Assembly: GCF_009914755.1 (NCBI RefSeq)
Contig: NC_060928.1
Length of the DNA: 64,000 nucleotides
DNA from: the human T2T-CHM13v2.0 reference genome, Homo sapiens
Strand: one strand, 5' to 3'
Both the position numbers and the translations under genes were made by a program. Of the stretch, positions 1 to 12,842 are shown piece after piece; within the stretch, counting starts at the first letter, position 1, and each line of letters opens with the position of its first letter. Under the pieces are notes generated by a model, which had not been told where the DNA came from, ran no database searches, and worked only from the letters and a program-made list of their open reading frames with translations.

Positions 1-1721
1 AAAAGAGTAGAAAAGAAGTTGTTAACCGCATGGGTGAGAGGAAGGTATCAGTAGTACACATCTGAAGGATTACCATATTATAGATTGAGAAGAAAAGAAG
101 TAGATTAAGCCGGTTTAGTGTCTGGGATGAAAAAAGAGAATAGAATACTTTTCCTTTACCAGAGGTGACGACTGACAGAGGTGCAGGAGAAAAGAGTATA
201 TCTATATTTATTAGCAGAGTATGAATTATTAAAAGGAGAATTAGGAGTCTATAATTAGTGTGTAGCTTTTCTATCCTGAGCTTTACTAATTTGAACATAA
301 GTTTGTGCTTTTAATCAGCTGATGAACCAAAAGTGGGAAAGGGCATAATCAATACAATAAACTCTAAACATTTTATAATTCCAAGATTATATAGTCCCAA
401 CATTTAATGGAGGTCCAATGAAAGCATAAATCCTTGAACTTGTGAAGCTGGGCAATAACAGGCTGCTTAGATAATTCAAACATTATGTACACAGCATCAA
501 TAGAAACAGACTAGAAATTTACCAACAAGTAAGCAGGAAGCTTGCCAGGCTGTTCAGAAAAAACTGGAGTTTAAAGATACATCCCCATAATGATCCATAG
601 AAAACAGATGTATTCATTTGTTGCACCAATTATCTGTTACAGATCCACTGATGTGATTTCAAAAACAAGGAAGTACCGTGTGACACAATTTGCTTTGAAC
701 TTCTATTTCTGAGGTCTCTTATTTCCTGGAATTCAAAGCCAAGGAAAAGAGGGCTGCAGTTAATCTTCCTTTTAGTTATTATTATCATGATTATCAGAAT
801 TACTATTATGAATTTTTTGAGTCCCTTTGTACTTCTGTGTCAGTATTATTACCAATGATTACCTATGCAGTCATTATAGGAACTCTCCTAGTAAGCCCCT
901 AGAATGTTTGTATCCAAGATTCAGGTAGGTTTTAGGTGATGTCTGCTCACACTTGTTTTGACATAAAACAAAATTTCCTGCTTTCCAAATGCTGTACATT
1001 GTCTTATAAACCTGAGCCATTTCTCTTCTTTGTGAACAAAGAGTTGTAACTGGCCAAAATATAACTTTTGCACTCTTTCATTCTAAATTGCTAAAACGTA
1101 TTGTTTCTGGGACGAATGTGCTATTTAAAAATTTTGCTTCTCAGTTTCATATAATTAGTCTCCCACTCTCCAGAAAGCTGTTGGACAGACTGTTGGAAGT
1201 AAGATCAGGAGTCTATGAGATGAAATTTTTATAACTCAAATCCCTGATCTTCATTTTAGTTCTAAATGTTGGCTAATTCTTGGCAGGGCTCAAGAGACCC
1301 TATGTAACTACAAACCATCTAGGAAGCTGGAGGCCAAGAATTAGGTAAACATTGAAAGTACTTATTAATTTTTGCGGGAATAATTTGATGAATTTTTTAT
1401 GATGTGAGAAAAAAATTAAAATTAGACTGTAATTTTGAAAACAATCACATCTGTGCAGAGTACCTTGCTCTATTCTAGGAAATTTAAAAAATAGAAGGCA
1501 TGATTTCTATAAAATGAGAGTATGTATATACATTTTTGTTACTAGTTGTATATGGAAACAGGACGTTTTTGAGGTTTCCTGTATATGAGACTCTTCATGG
1601 CTATAGAATGAAGTTTATAGCATAAGATATCTATGGTCACACTTTTATCATTTCTCTCCAACAACAGGCTTATTTTTTAAAAAAAGTCAGGTACCATTTT
1701 ACAATAAAAAATAAGTCATTT

Positions 1722-2029
1722 GGCCAGGTGTGGTGGCTCATGCCTGTAATCCTAGCACTTTGGGAGGCCCAGGCGGGGGTGGATCACCTGAGAGGTCAGG
1801 AGTTCAAGGCCAGCCTGGCCAACATGATGAAACCCCAGTCTCTACTAAAAATACAAAAATTAACTAGGCATGGTGGTGCATGCCTGTAATCTCAGCTACT
1901 CGGAGGCTGAGGCAGGAGAATCGCTTTAACCCGGGAAATGGAGGTTGCGGTGAGCCTAGATCACACCACTGCACTCCAGCCTGGGCAGCAAGAGTGAGAC
2001 TCTGTCTCAAAAAAAAAAAAAAAAAAAAA
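1722..2029 (+). mobile_element. Full-length AluS (Sq/Sx-like)
   Basis: GGCCAGGTGTGGTGGCTCA start, dimeric body with A-rich linker, A tail; target-site duplication (TSD) AAGTCATTT at 1713-1721 and 2028-2036. Confidence 0.96.
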
Positions 2030-2419
2030 GTCATTTAACGGATATCATGTTTGACAACATTATCCAGAATCTGGAATATTAACCATAATACTAAAAGAAC
2101 AATTAGCATTATCAAAATTATAATAAAAATATATATTAAGTATTCATTGGGAACAAGTATCAACACGTAATTGAAACTTAACACTTTCTAACTTTTCTTT
2201 CTTTCTCTTTGTAGTGCCTTCTTAACACTTTTAATCATAGTTTTTCAATGTGTAAATCTTCTTTGCAGTGTTAATTGATATTTAATATTTCAGTTCTCTT
2301 TTCTGGCAGGACTACAAAATGCTTATGAATTTTCTTGAGGTTATTAATGCTGCCACTTTAGAAAAACATCAAATTTGTCTACTACGTACAAACAGTGTAA
2401 ATTAGAAAACAGTGGTTTA

Positions 2420-2786
<367 letters not shown>

Positions 2787-2908
2787 TTAACAATTTCATG
2801 TGGTTGTACAAAATACTCATAAGTCTTGCCTTTTTCTGGCTCTTTTCCTTTTCATTCATTAAAAAATAGTTTTCTTACGTTTGAAAATTCTTCTTAAGAA
2901 AGAAGTAT

Positions 2909-3033
2909 AAATTAGCCGGGAGTGGAGGTGCATGGCTGCAATCTCAGCTACTCAGGAGGCGGAGGCAGGAAAATCGTTTGAACCTGGGAGGCGGAGGTTG
3001 CAGTCACGGTGAGACTCTGTCTCAAAAAAAAAA
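2909..3033 (+). mobile_element. Alu right-arm fragment with internal deletion
   Basis: AATTAGCCGGG...GGAGGTTGCAGT jumps to GAGACTCTGTCTC plus A tail; about 40 nt of the right arm replaced by CACGGT. Confidence 0.9.
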
Positions 3034-3072
3034 GTATGATTTTCTTGAAATTTCTTTCTTGACCTCCTCTAA

Positions 3073-3467
<395 letters not shown>

Positions 3468-4059
3468 TAAACTTCACCATAGAATTTCCTTTCACCAAAT
3501 CTTGCTGAAATGAACAAAAACTAGTAAAAGTAAATAAATGACAGAAACAAGACAAATAAAAAGTTCTACCAACAAAGTAAAATAAGAGAGAGATAATCTA
3601 ATAAAATCATGTTCAAAACTCCAAGCCAAGGAATAAAGCAAGATTCATTTCATTGGTTCTTGTAGGAAAAGCAAAAAGAAATGACAGTTTAACAAACTGT
3701 TGTATTTCTCTAGAAACCAGGATGGTTTCTAGAGTAAATTATAAAGTCCTGAGGAGTTGGCCATTAACATCTCCAAATGTATAGAGGAAGAAAACAACCT
3801 TTTCCCTAGTCTGATTGAGGAATAGTGGAAAGTACTGACAGCTAGAAACACAGTAAAGCATGGTAAATTGAACAGGGCTGATTCTCTTTAATAAATTAAA
3901 GACTATATGCCTACATATCGGATTGGGGAAATGATCCAAAGCCTAATGGTACCCTTCTATGTGAGTAGACATATATCACTAAATTAACTGAAATAAATAC
4001 CGCTAATGGGAAATTAACAAAAGTCAATGTGTTCTAATAAAGACTGCATATGGCCTGAA

Positions 4060-4255
4060 GTTAAGCTATTGAAACTCAAGGATAAAGACAGAATTTTTTT
4101 TTCGACAAGTAGACCAATAAATATCAACTAAAAGCAGGAAAAATTAGGGTGATCTTCAACTTCTCCATAGAAACAGTCAAAGTCACAAGACAATGAAGCA
4201 CAGTCTTCAAAGGACTGCAGGAAAGAAAATGCAACCCAGAAACAGTATTCATGTA
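4060..4255 (+). mobile_element. Ancient L1/HAL1 ORF1 C-terminal fragment
   Basis: From 4143 it translates IRVIFNFSIETVKVTRQ*STVFKGLQERKCNPE, resembling L1 ORF1p IRLTADFSxETxxARRQWxxIFKVLKEKNxQPR. Confidence 0.65.
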
Positions 4256-4439
4256 CAAGTGTGAAAGAACTTACGAGGTATGAACCACGCATTTAAAGTA
4301 AAAAAGAAAAAAATATTCCTAATAAGGCTATTTAGACAATTAGAGATTAATCAAAATCATGAGCTCAGGATTCAAAGTTATTGTTACTTGGTGAGCACAG
4401 AAACCATTCATATGTAGAAATAATAGTGATAAAACAACA

Positions 4440-4626
4440 TGGCACTACCTGTTGTTACTAGGTACCTGATAGTTTTCTAAGGACTTCCTTCAATTAATTT
4501 TCTCAAAATTTTAGAATGTAGATACTATTATTATCTCCATTTTATAGACAAGAAAAATGGAAGTGTAAGTGGTCAAGGCAACTTCAAAGGCACAGAAAGA
4601 GGCAGAGCAATTAGTTTGAATCCAGG
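4440..4626 (-). mobile_element. MIR SINE
   Basis: MIR core in reverse: ATTATTATCTCCATTTTATAGACAAGAAAAATGG...GGCAGAGC...TTTGAATCCAGG. Confidence 0.75.
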
Positions 4627-5184
4627 AAGAGTCACAAGGATGGCCAGCCTCCCTCCCACTTCCACTAACTGCCCCTGTAGCCCCCAGCCCTGCAACCATA
4701 GGCATTCCCGCTACAGAGCACATGGGGCCATCACAAACCTGGCTCAGGGTTATTAGGGAAGCCATGTTGCCTTTTGATATATGTTGCATTTTAATTTGAA
4801 TTACTGTAGATCACTTAATGTGAAGGAATTCCTAGTATATTCACAGTTATATTTTTCAATTTGCCATTGTTCTCTTTGTCATAGCTGTTATTCCTTTTTC
4901 TCTCTTGCCATCTTTTGGATTCATACTGTGATTATTGTATTTATTCAATTTTCTCTGCTCTTGGCTTGTCAATGATATGTCCTCCTGCTAGTATTTTAGT
5001 GGTGACCTTCCAGATTAAAACGTGCATCCTGGGCATTGTTGTTATTATATTATTAGAGTGTATCATAAATCGGTACTTTTATATTCTCCAGACAAGTCTA
5101 GGGACATAGAGCACTTTAAGCACATTGATCTATCTGCCTCTGTGTTCAGGACTGAATCCTGACAGATATAGATATAATAACTCT

Positions 5185-5530
5185 ACAGAAAGGTCACAAA
5201 TCATAAGTATGCAACTTGACACAAAATGAAAATATCTGTATAAACAGCACCCACATCAAGAAACAGGACATGGCCAGTATAGGAAAAATTCTTATGTCAT
5301 TTACCAGTCCTTACCACCTCCAAGAAAAACCACCATGTGACTTCTAACATTTTACAAAAAGGTTTTGTCTGCTTTCAAACCTTAAAAATGAAATCACGAT
5401 TAATACATACTCTTTTGCCTTACTTTCACTCAAGACTCCTACATAAACCTTTGCTTCTATCCATGGTATTTTTTTATTTTAATTGCTATATAATATTGCA
5501 CTGTACAAATTTACTGCAATGTTACAGATA
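5185..5530 (-). mobile_element. Old L1 (L1MD/ME-like) 3' end; appears to resume at ~6900-7099 and ~11000-11300
   Basis: CACAAATCATAAGTATGCAACTTGA...CACCCACATCAAGAAACAGGACAT resembles the reverse L1M 3' UTR. Confidence 0.55.
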
Positions 5531-5689
5531 CTAATTCTGTGCTATAAACCATTGAAAAAGACATACTGACTTACAATAATTATGTATGTAATTATATGTA
5601 TGTATCTGTGTTATATATAAAATGTTTATATGTTAATTTATGTAGTTATATATGTATATTATATATTCCATGCCAGAAGACAAAACCCA

Positions 5690-6367
5690 CAGCCCTAACT
5701 CTCCTCTGCCTTACTCTCCATCTAAGTCTTCGGTAGAACAATGCTCTTACGATTCTTAGAAGCCCGATTATTTCATAAAGAGGATCTGAAAGGCATTCCC
5801 TGAGGATATTTTTAGGTCTTTTTTCTGTCTGAAAGATTTTATGAATCACTTCATTAAATATTTCTGGGTTCTTAATAAAGGATGTTATGGTGCTGAGATT
5901 TGTTCTTTGATAATTTGAGAATGTTTTGCCATGAGGGGTAGGCTGGAAATGAGAAGCAATTTTATTTTACAACCCAGTATGTCCTGGCTTTTTACAAGTT
6001 CAACTCTTCTTTATGTCTTGTCTCTCCTCTCACATTTTATCTCAGACAATGAGAAGATACCAGATGGCACTTTAAATATTCTACCTGAAAATCTCCTTAG
6101 CTGGGTCATCAAGTTCAATGGGCACTTTTCCTAGTTTTCTCATTACTGCAGATGACAGCGTTGTCAACAATTCACCGTCTGCAAAACATGGGCCATGTTC
6201 CTCCCCCTTCCAATAACAGTTCCCCTCCTTTGAGTGTTCACTGGCAGCCTCCTGGGGCCTCTACACACCTCACTAACAATTGTCAGGACAGCCTTTAGGC
6301 TGTCACCCACTTTCTGGTTCTAACACCAGTGTCACAGATTCAAGCACTCATTTCTGGTATCCAATTC
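5690..6367 (-). mobile_element. MLT1 (MaLR) internal fragment
   Basis: Ends in CACTCATTTCTGGTATCCAATTC immediately before the LTR TG, the typical reverse MaLR int/LTR junction. Confidence 0.6.
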
Positions 6368-6898
6368 TGTTCCACTTATTACTGATACATAAAAAGTACC
6401 TCAAAATACAGTGACTTAAATCAATGCCAATCCTTAATTTTAGTGACAAACCTGTAATTTGGGTAGGACTATGCTGGGTCAGTTTATCCCTGCTAGGCCC
6501 AGTGTTCGCTGGAGTCAGATTGATTCAGGGCTTGGGGATTAATTTTAAAGGTGGCTTGCTCATGTTGGGGGCATGATGGCACAAGCAGGCAGCTGTAGGC
6601 TCATCCAGGGTTCAGTTTCTCTCCAGGCTGGTTAGTCAATGGGCTGCCTGGCTTCATGATAGCATGGTGCCTGGGTTCTAAGAGTGAACATCTCAGGAGA
6701 ATCAAGTAGGAACTATCTGGTCATTTTATGACTTAGCTTCAGAAGTCACATAGTGTCACTTTAGAAATAATTACCCGTCCACCCAAATTCAAGGGGAGAG
6801 GGATACTATACATTCCACCTCTGGAGAATAAAATTGTCAAAATTTTATTTTAAAAGGAGTATGTTGGATTGGAGATTATTATAATTAGTCTCACACCA
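6368..6898 (-). mobile_element. MLT1 LTR (G/H-like)
   Basis: CTCAAAATACAGTGACTTAAA and TTTTATGACTTAGCTTCAGAAGTCACATAGTGTCACTT...CCCAAATTCAAGGGGAG are MLT1 hallmarks. Confidence 0.75.
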
Positions 6899-7142
6899 CT
6901 GAACCATTTCCCTGTTAAAGAATGTGGCCTTATTTTTCTATTTGTGGATAAACAGTGCTATAATATTATTTTAGTGCATTTCTTTGGAGAACATATATTT
7001 ACGTTTGTGTAACCATCTAGAACCATAACTATCAGATGTTAGGATTTGTATATGATTAGCTTTAGAAGATGATGCCAAACAGGTTTCACAACTGGATCAC
7101 AGGCATACCTCATTTGATTGTGCTTCTCAGATACTGTGTTTT

Positions 7143-7460
7143 CATTTATTTAATTAATTACTATTATTATTATTTTTGAGACAGAGTGTCTCTCTGTTGC
7201 CCAGGCTGAAATGCAGTGGCATGAACTCGGCTCACTGCAACCTCCGCCTCTGAGGTTCAAGTGATTCTCCTGCCTCAGCCTCCTGAGTAGCTGGTATTAC
7301 AGGCGTGCACCACCACACTCGGCTAATTTTTTGTATTTTTAGTAGACACATGGTTTCTCCATGTTGACCAGGCTGGTTTCGAACTCCTGACCTCAGGTGA
7401 TCTGCCCACCTTGGCCTCCCAAAGTGCTGGGATTACAGGCGTGAGACACCGCACCTGGCC
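7143..7460 (-). mobile_element. AluSx-like inside Tigger1
   Basis: Complete reverse Alu; 14-bp TSD AGATACTGTGTTTT at 7129-7142 and 7461-7474. Confidence 0.96.
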
Positions 7461-9050
7461 AGATACTGTGTTTTTTTACAAATGGAAGGTTTGTGGCAAC
7501 CTTGCATCTAACAAGTCTATTGGTGCCATTTTTTTTTAAACAACAAGCACTCATTTCATGTCTTTGTGTCACATTTTGGTAATTTTTGCCATATTTAAAA
7601 CCTTTAAGTTATTATATATGCTATGATCTGTGATTAGTGATCTTTGATGTTAATATTGCCATTATTTTTGGGTGCCACAAATTGTGCCCATATAAGATGA
7701 CAAACTTAATGGATAGATGTATGTGTTGTGACTGCTCCATCAATTGGCTTTTCTCCCATCTCTGTCTTTCTTTGGGGGCCTTCCCTGAGACACAAAGATA
7801 CTGAAATTAGGCCAATTAATAACCCTATAATGGCCTCTAGTGTTCAAGTGAAAGGGAGAGTTGCACAACTCTGACTTTAAATCAAAAGCTAGAAATGATT
7901 AAGCTTAGAAATCAAAAGCTAGAAATGATTAAGCTTAGTGATGATGGTATGTTGCATATTGAGATAGGCTGGAAGCTAAGACTCTTGGGCCAAATAGTTA
8001 GCCAAGTTGTGAATACTAGTTGTGAATACAAAGGAAAAGTTCCTGAAGGAAATTAAAAGTGATAATCCAATGGACATATGAATGATGAGTCTTATTGCTG
8101 ATATGCAGAAAGTTTGAGAGGTCTGGATAGGTCAAACCAACCATAGCATTCTCTTAAAGCCAATGCCTAATCCAGAGCAAGGCCCTAACTCTCTTAAATT
8201 CTGTGAAGGCCAAGAGAGGTGGGGAAGCTACAGAAGAAACTTTGAAGCAAGCAGAGGTTGGTTCATGAGGTTTAAGAAAAGGACTATCTCCATAATATAA
8301 AAGTTCAAGGTGAAACAGCAAGGTCTGACGGAGAAGCAGCAGTGAATTATCCAGAATATCTAGCTAAGAAAATTGATCAAGGTGGCTACACTAAACAACA
8401 GATTTTGAATGTAAATGAAACAGCCTTCTGCAGGAAGAAGATGCCATCTGGGGCTTTGATAGTTAGAGAGGGCAAGTCAAGGGCTGGATTCAAAGTTTCA
8501 AAGGACAGACTGACTCTCTTGTTTGGGGTTATGAAACTGGTGACTTTAACTTGAAGGCGATGCTCATTTACTATTCCCCAAATCCTAGGACCCCTGAGAA
8601 TTACATTAAATATACTCTGCTTATGCTCCAGAAATGGAAGAACAAAGCCTGGATGACAGTACATCTATTTACAGCGTGGTTTACTGAATAATTTAAGCCC
8701 GCTGTTGAGGCTTACTGCTAGGAAAAAAAAGATTGCTTTCAAAAGATTATTGCTCATTGACAATGCACCTGGTCACCCAAGAGCGCTGATGAACATGTAC
8801 AAGGAGATAAATGTTTTAATGCTTGCTAACGCATCATTCATTCTGCAGCCCATGAATGAAGGAGTAATTTAGATTATGAAGTCTTATTATTTAAGAAATA
8901 CTTTCTGTAAGGCAGTTGCTGCCATAGATAGTGATTCCTTTGATGGATCTGGGCAAAGTAAATTGAAAACCTTCTGAAAAGAATTCACCACTTTAGATGT
9001 CGAGAACATTCACGATTTATGGAAGGAGGTCAAAATATCAAGATTAATAG

Positions 9051-9561
9051 GGGTATATACCCAAAGGATTATAAAACATGCTGCTATAAAGACATATGCA
9101 CACACATGTTTATTGCGGCACTATTCACAATAGCAAAGACTTGGAACCAACCCAAATGTCCAACAATAATAGACTGGATTAAGAAAATGTGGCACATATA
9201 CACCATGGAATACTATGCAGCCATAAAAAATGATGAGTTCATGTCCTTTGTAGGGACATGGATGAAGCTGGAAACCATCATTCTCAGCAAACTATCGCAA
9301 GGACAAAAAACCAAACACCACATGTTCTCACTCATAGGTGGGAACTGAACAATGAGAACACATGGACACAGGAAGGGGAACATCACACACCCGGGCCTGT
9401 TGTGGGGTGGGGAGAGTGGGGAGGGATAGCATTAGGAGATATACCTAATGTTAATTATGAGTTAATGGGTGCAGCACACCAGCATGGCACATGTATACAT
9501 ATGTAACAAACCTGCACGTTGTGCACATGTACCCTAAAACTTAAAGAACAATTAAAAAAAA
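9051..9561 (+). mobile_element. 5'-truncated L1PA (PA3-PA5-like) 3' end inside Tigger1
   Basis: ORF2 C-terminus ...CTHMFIAALFTIAKTWNQPKCP...HMFSLIGGN*, 3' UTR GGGATAGCATTAGGAGATATACCTAATG, short A tail; Tigger1 resumes at ~9565. Confidence 0.95.
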
Positions 9562-10410
9562 GAGATAGGAATTTTTAAGAAATTGATTCCAACTGTCATG
9601 GTTGACTTTGAGGGGTTCAAGACTTCAGTGGTGGAAGTTTTTGCAGATGCGATCGAAATAGTAAGAAAACTAGAACTAGAAGTGGAGCCTGAAGATGTGA
9701 CTGAATTGCTGCAATTTCATGATAAAACTTGAATGGATAAGGATTGCTTCTTATAGATGAACAAAGAAAGTTGTTCATGAGATCAGATCTCCTGGTGAAG
9801 ATGCTGTGAGCATTGTTGAAATAACAAGGATTTAGAATATTACATAAAATTAGTTGATAAAGGCAGTGGCAGAATTTGAAAGGATTGACTCCAATTTTGA
9901 AAGAAGTTGTACTGTGGGTAAAATGCTATCAAACAGGACTGTAAGCTGTAGAAAAATATTTCATAAAGGCAATAGTTAATCAATGTGGCAAACTTTATTG
10001 TTGTCTTACTTTAAGAAATTGTGACAGCCATCCCATCCTTCATCAAACAGCACTCTAATTAGTCAGCAGCCATCAACATCTAGGCATGATCCTCCACCAG
10101 TAAAAGATTATGACTAGGTGAAGACTCAGATGACTATTAGCATTTTTTAGCAATAAAATATTTTAAAATTAGGGTCTGTACGTGTTTCTTTCAAGACATA
10201 ATTCTATTGCACATTTTTAGATTACAGCATAGCGTAATATAATTTTTGTACCCATTGGGAAATCTAAAAAATTTATGTGACTTGGTTTATTATGATACTG
10301 GCTTTATTGAAGTAGTCTGTAACTGAACCCACATATCTCGGATGTATGCTTGTGTATGATTTTACAATCCCACTAACAGTTTATTTCCACTCCTCAAAAG
10401 TACTTGTGTT

Positions 10411-10989
10411 TGTGTAGGCTAATAATAGCTGGCAATTATTTGTTCCTTGTCCTTGAGAAGGAGAGTCTGATTCTCTTCCCTTTCAATCAGCTCTGGCCTT
10501 GATAAATTTCTTGGCCCAGCAGACTGCAACAGAATTGAAGTTGTAGGACTTTCATGGCTAATTAGAAATTATGAAAAACCCAAACCTTGTGCTTTCTGTT
10601 TGTGCATCTTGAGATCCCCTTGTTTAGAGCTACACGCCCCGATGGAAATGGTCTGACCACCCTGAGATCATGTGCTGGAGGTCTTGTTGACAGTATGGTC
10701 CCAGCCTTCTAGAACATTTTTTAGATGTCTGTCACATGAATGAAGTTGTCTTGAGTATTGCCCACCAGCCCACCCACTAGACTAGTCTTGAATACTGCTA
10801 ATGATTTCCAACAAGGCTGTGACAGAAGAATCACCAGTGTAAGGCTGCTGGATTCTTGACACATGACATCATGAGATAGAAATAAGGAAACAGAAATTTA
10901 ATGAGAAAGAGATAATGAGATATAAAATTGAAGTGCTTTAATCTATTAAGTTTTGGGGTAGTTCATTCTGCTGCAATAAATAACTGGAA
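10411..10989 (+). mobile_element. MLT1 solo LTR (H-like)
   Basis: TGTG start; MLT1 3' end TTTAATCTATTAAGTTTTGGGGTAGTTCATTCTGCTGCAATAAATAACTGG. Confidence 0.7.
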
Positions 10990-11652
10990 GGGTATGTTGT
11001 TTTAGCCATTATGATCGCTATTTTGCTTTAGCCATTATGATGTACATGTGGTAATAGAGCATCGTGCTTTTAGTTTGCATTTCGCTGACAATTATAGTGC
11101 TGAGCAACTTTCCATGTTTCGATAATCTTTAGTGACATCCTGTTCAGTTTTTTTCTTTTGCCATTTTACACTGAGATTATTTTTCTTTGTGGATTCTTTA
11201 CATTAGATTGACCTATATAGAGTTGGGCTTTTAAAAAATTTCTCCTTTAATTCTGTTTACTATTGCTTTATTCATCTTGAAGCTTGATTAATGGTCTTAT
11301 ACAGATTTAGGATTATGATACTTTCCAGATATGTTGGCCCTTTGCGGCAGTTATCTTTTGACACAGTGTTTTATAATAACGACACAAATCTGGTAGCCAA
11401 AACAATAAGGAGCTATATATTTATTACAAGTCAGTGGACTGACTGGGCAAATCTTTTGGTCAAAGATAGATTCACAGATGCAACTGCAATTCGCTGGGGA
11501 CACTTAGGCAATTCTTCCAAGCTTGGCTTAGCGCTCTCATAAGTTGCATAAAAACTGTGCTCCCCTTCATGTGTTTTTCACGTTCACAAGTCTCTCCTAT
11601 CATGTTGTCTGGTAGCCTTCTTGAAATATTCTAACTGTGGTCCCTCGGCCCA

Positions 11653-11677
11653 ACACACACACACACACACACACACA
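11653..11677. repeat. (CA)n microsatellite
   Basis: About 12 AC units read directly. Confidence 0.95.
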
Positions 11678-11770
11678 AACATAAACCAGGAAGAAATTAG
11701 AAGCACACGATACTCTTTCAAGCCTTTGCTTTCAATAAATCTGCTAATATCCTTTTAGCCAAAGCAAGTT

Positions 11771-12842
11771 TGTCAGTCTGTACCCAATCAGGAAAAAGAG
11801 ATGACACCATTATTTAAGTAGAAGAAGTTTAATATAAATAATTATGAAGCTATATTAGGAGAACAACCTATAAAGATGTAAAGATAGTTAATAGGTGCTC
11901 CAGGGTTGTGAGAAGATCAATAAAGGAGGGAAAACATAATAGAGGGTGGTGTTCTTCCAAGGCTAGGGGTCCAATCTCATTAGAGAAGCTGCGGCTTTAG
12001 CTTACTTGATGACAGTAACACACACTGATGACATCTTCCAGAGTTAGTTCAGTCACCTGGTAATCAGGCTATAACTTTCATGCACGTGAAGGTGAGCTGA
12101 GACTTGGGGGTAGGTATGCAATGAGAGTTGGAATGTCACTATCGTTGGCAAACACAAAAAAAGAACACAAAGTTCATATAGAGGAGGCCATGAAGAGTAA
12201 GCAACTAGGGCAACAGAGAGCTGAGGCTAGCAAGTGGGCACATAGAATCATGTCACTGCTGTGTGCATGAAGCCTGAAGCATGTGATTTCCATGTTAGGA
12301 GGGCCCCTGGAAGCAACCTTCCAGGATGCAGGTAAACCTAGGCTGGTGGGAGATTGCACAGGGTGCTTCTGTGGGTATGAGGCTGGGAGCATGCAATATT
12401 TATATCAGGAGAGCTGTGAGAAATACAGCTCTCTCCTGCAGACAAGATAAAGGCACATAGGGAGAGCAGGGTGCTACTAGGAGGCTTGGAACATGTGGTG
12501 TCTGCACTGGGGACCCCGAGAAGTCACCAGGCCAGGCCAGAGTCATAGGACCACTGAGGGACTACCACTCTGGACATCGGCTGGGGCAGAGACCCAGCAG
12601 ATGTCCACACATTTATGGCCACAGATAGATAGATCATAAAGCAGGAGCAAGAAAAATAAAAATACAGAAAACTCAACTCAAACTTAGAAGAGCACGCTTT
12701 TTCTTCCTACATTGTCTTTCTAGTGACCTCTCCTAACAAAACATCATGCTTACTGAAAAGGAGAAATAAATACAATGATATTGCAGAGTAGGTACTGAGG
12801 GTGAATTTGGAGCTAAGGGACCATAAATTGATGACTAACACA
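11771..12842 (-). mobile_element. ERVL-class solo LTR (LTR40/41-like) nested in the MLT1 LTR
   Basis: TG...CA termini; minus strand begins TGTGTTAGTCATCAATTTATGGTCCCTTAGCTCCAAATTCACCCTC; host MLT1 sequence GCCAAAGCAAGT / AGTCATGTGGC resumes across it. Confidence 0.6.

Larger units (their letters stand above)
7100..10352 (+). mobile_element. Near-full-length Tigger1 DNA transposon (dead), interrupted by an Alu and an L1PA
   Basis: Terminal inverted repeats CAGGCATACCTC (7100) and GATGTATGCTTG (to 10352); transposase remnants [47 protein letters not shown]; about 2.35 kb once insertions are removed. Confidence 0.95.

Noticed and set aside
723-731. STAT-type TTCCTGGAA motif (also at 20541 and ~57359)
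   Set aside because: Short motif occurring repeatedly, partly inside repeats, with no supporting context
8342-8554. Transposase-like ORF as a domesticated TIGD gene
   Set aside because: It is a short fragment of a decayed Tigger1 with stops, frameshifts, mutated catalytic residues and nested insertions
9019-9348. 109-aa Tigger-L1 chimeric ORF
   Set aside because: Chance fusion of about ten Tigger-derived codons to the L1 ORF2 C-terminus; no promoter or splice support
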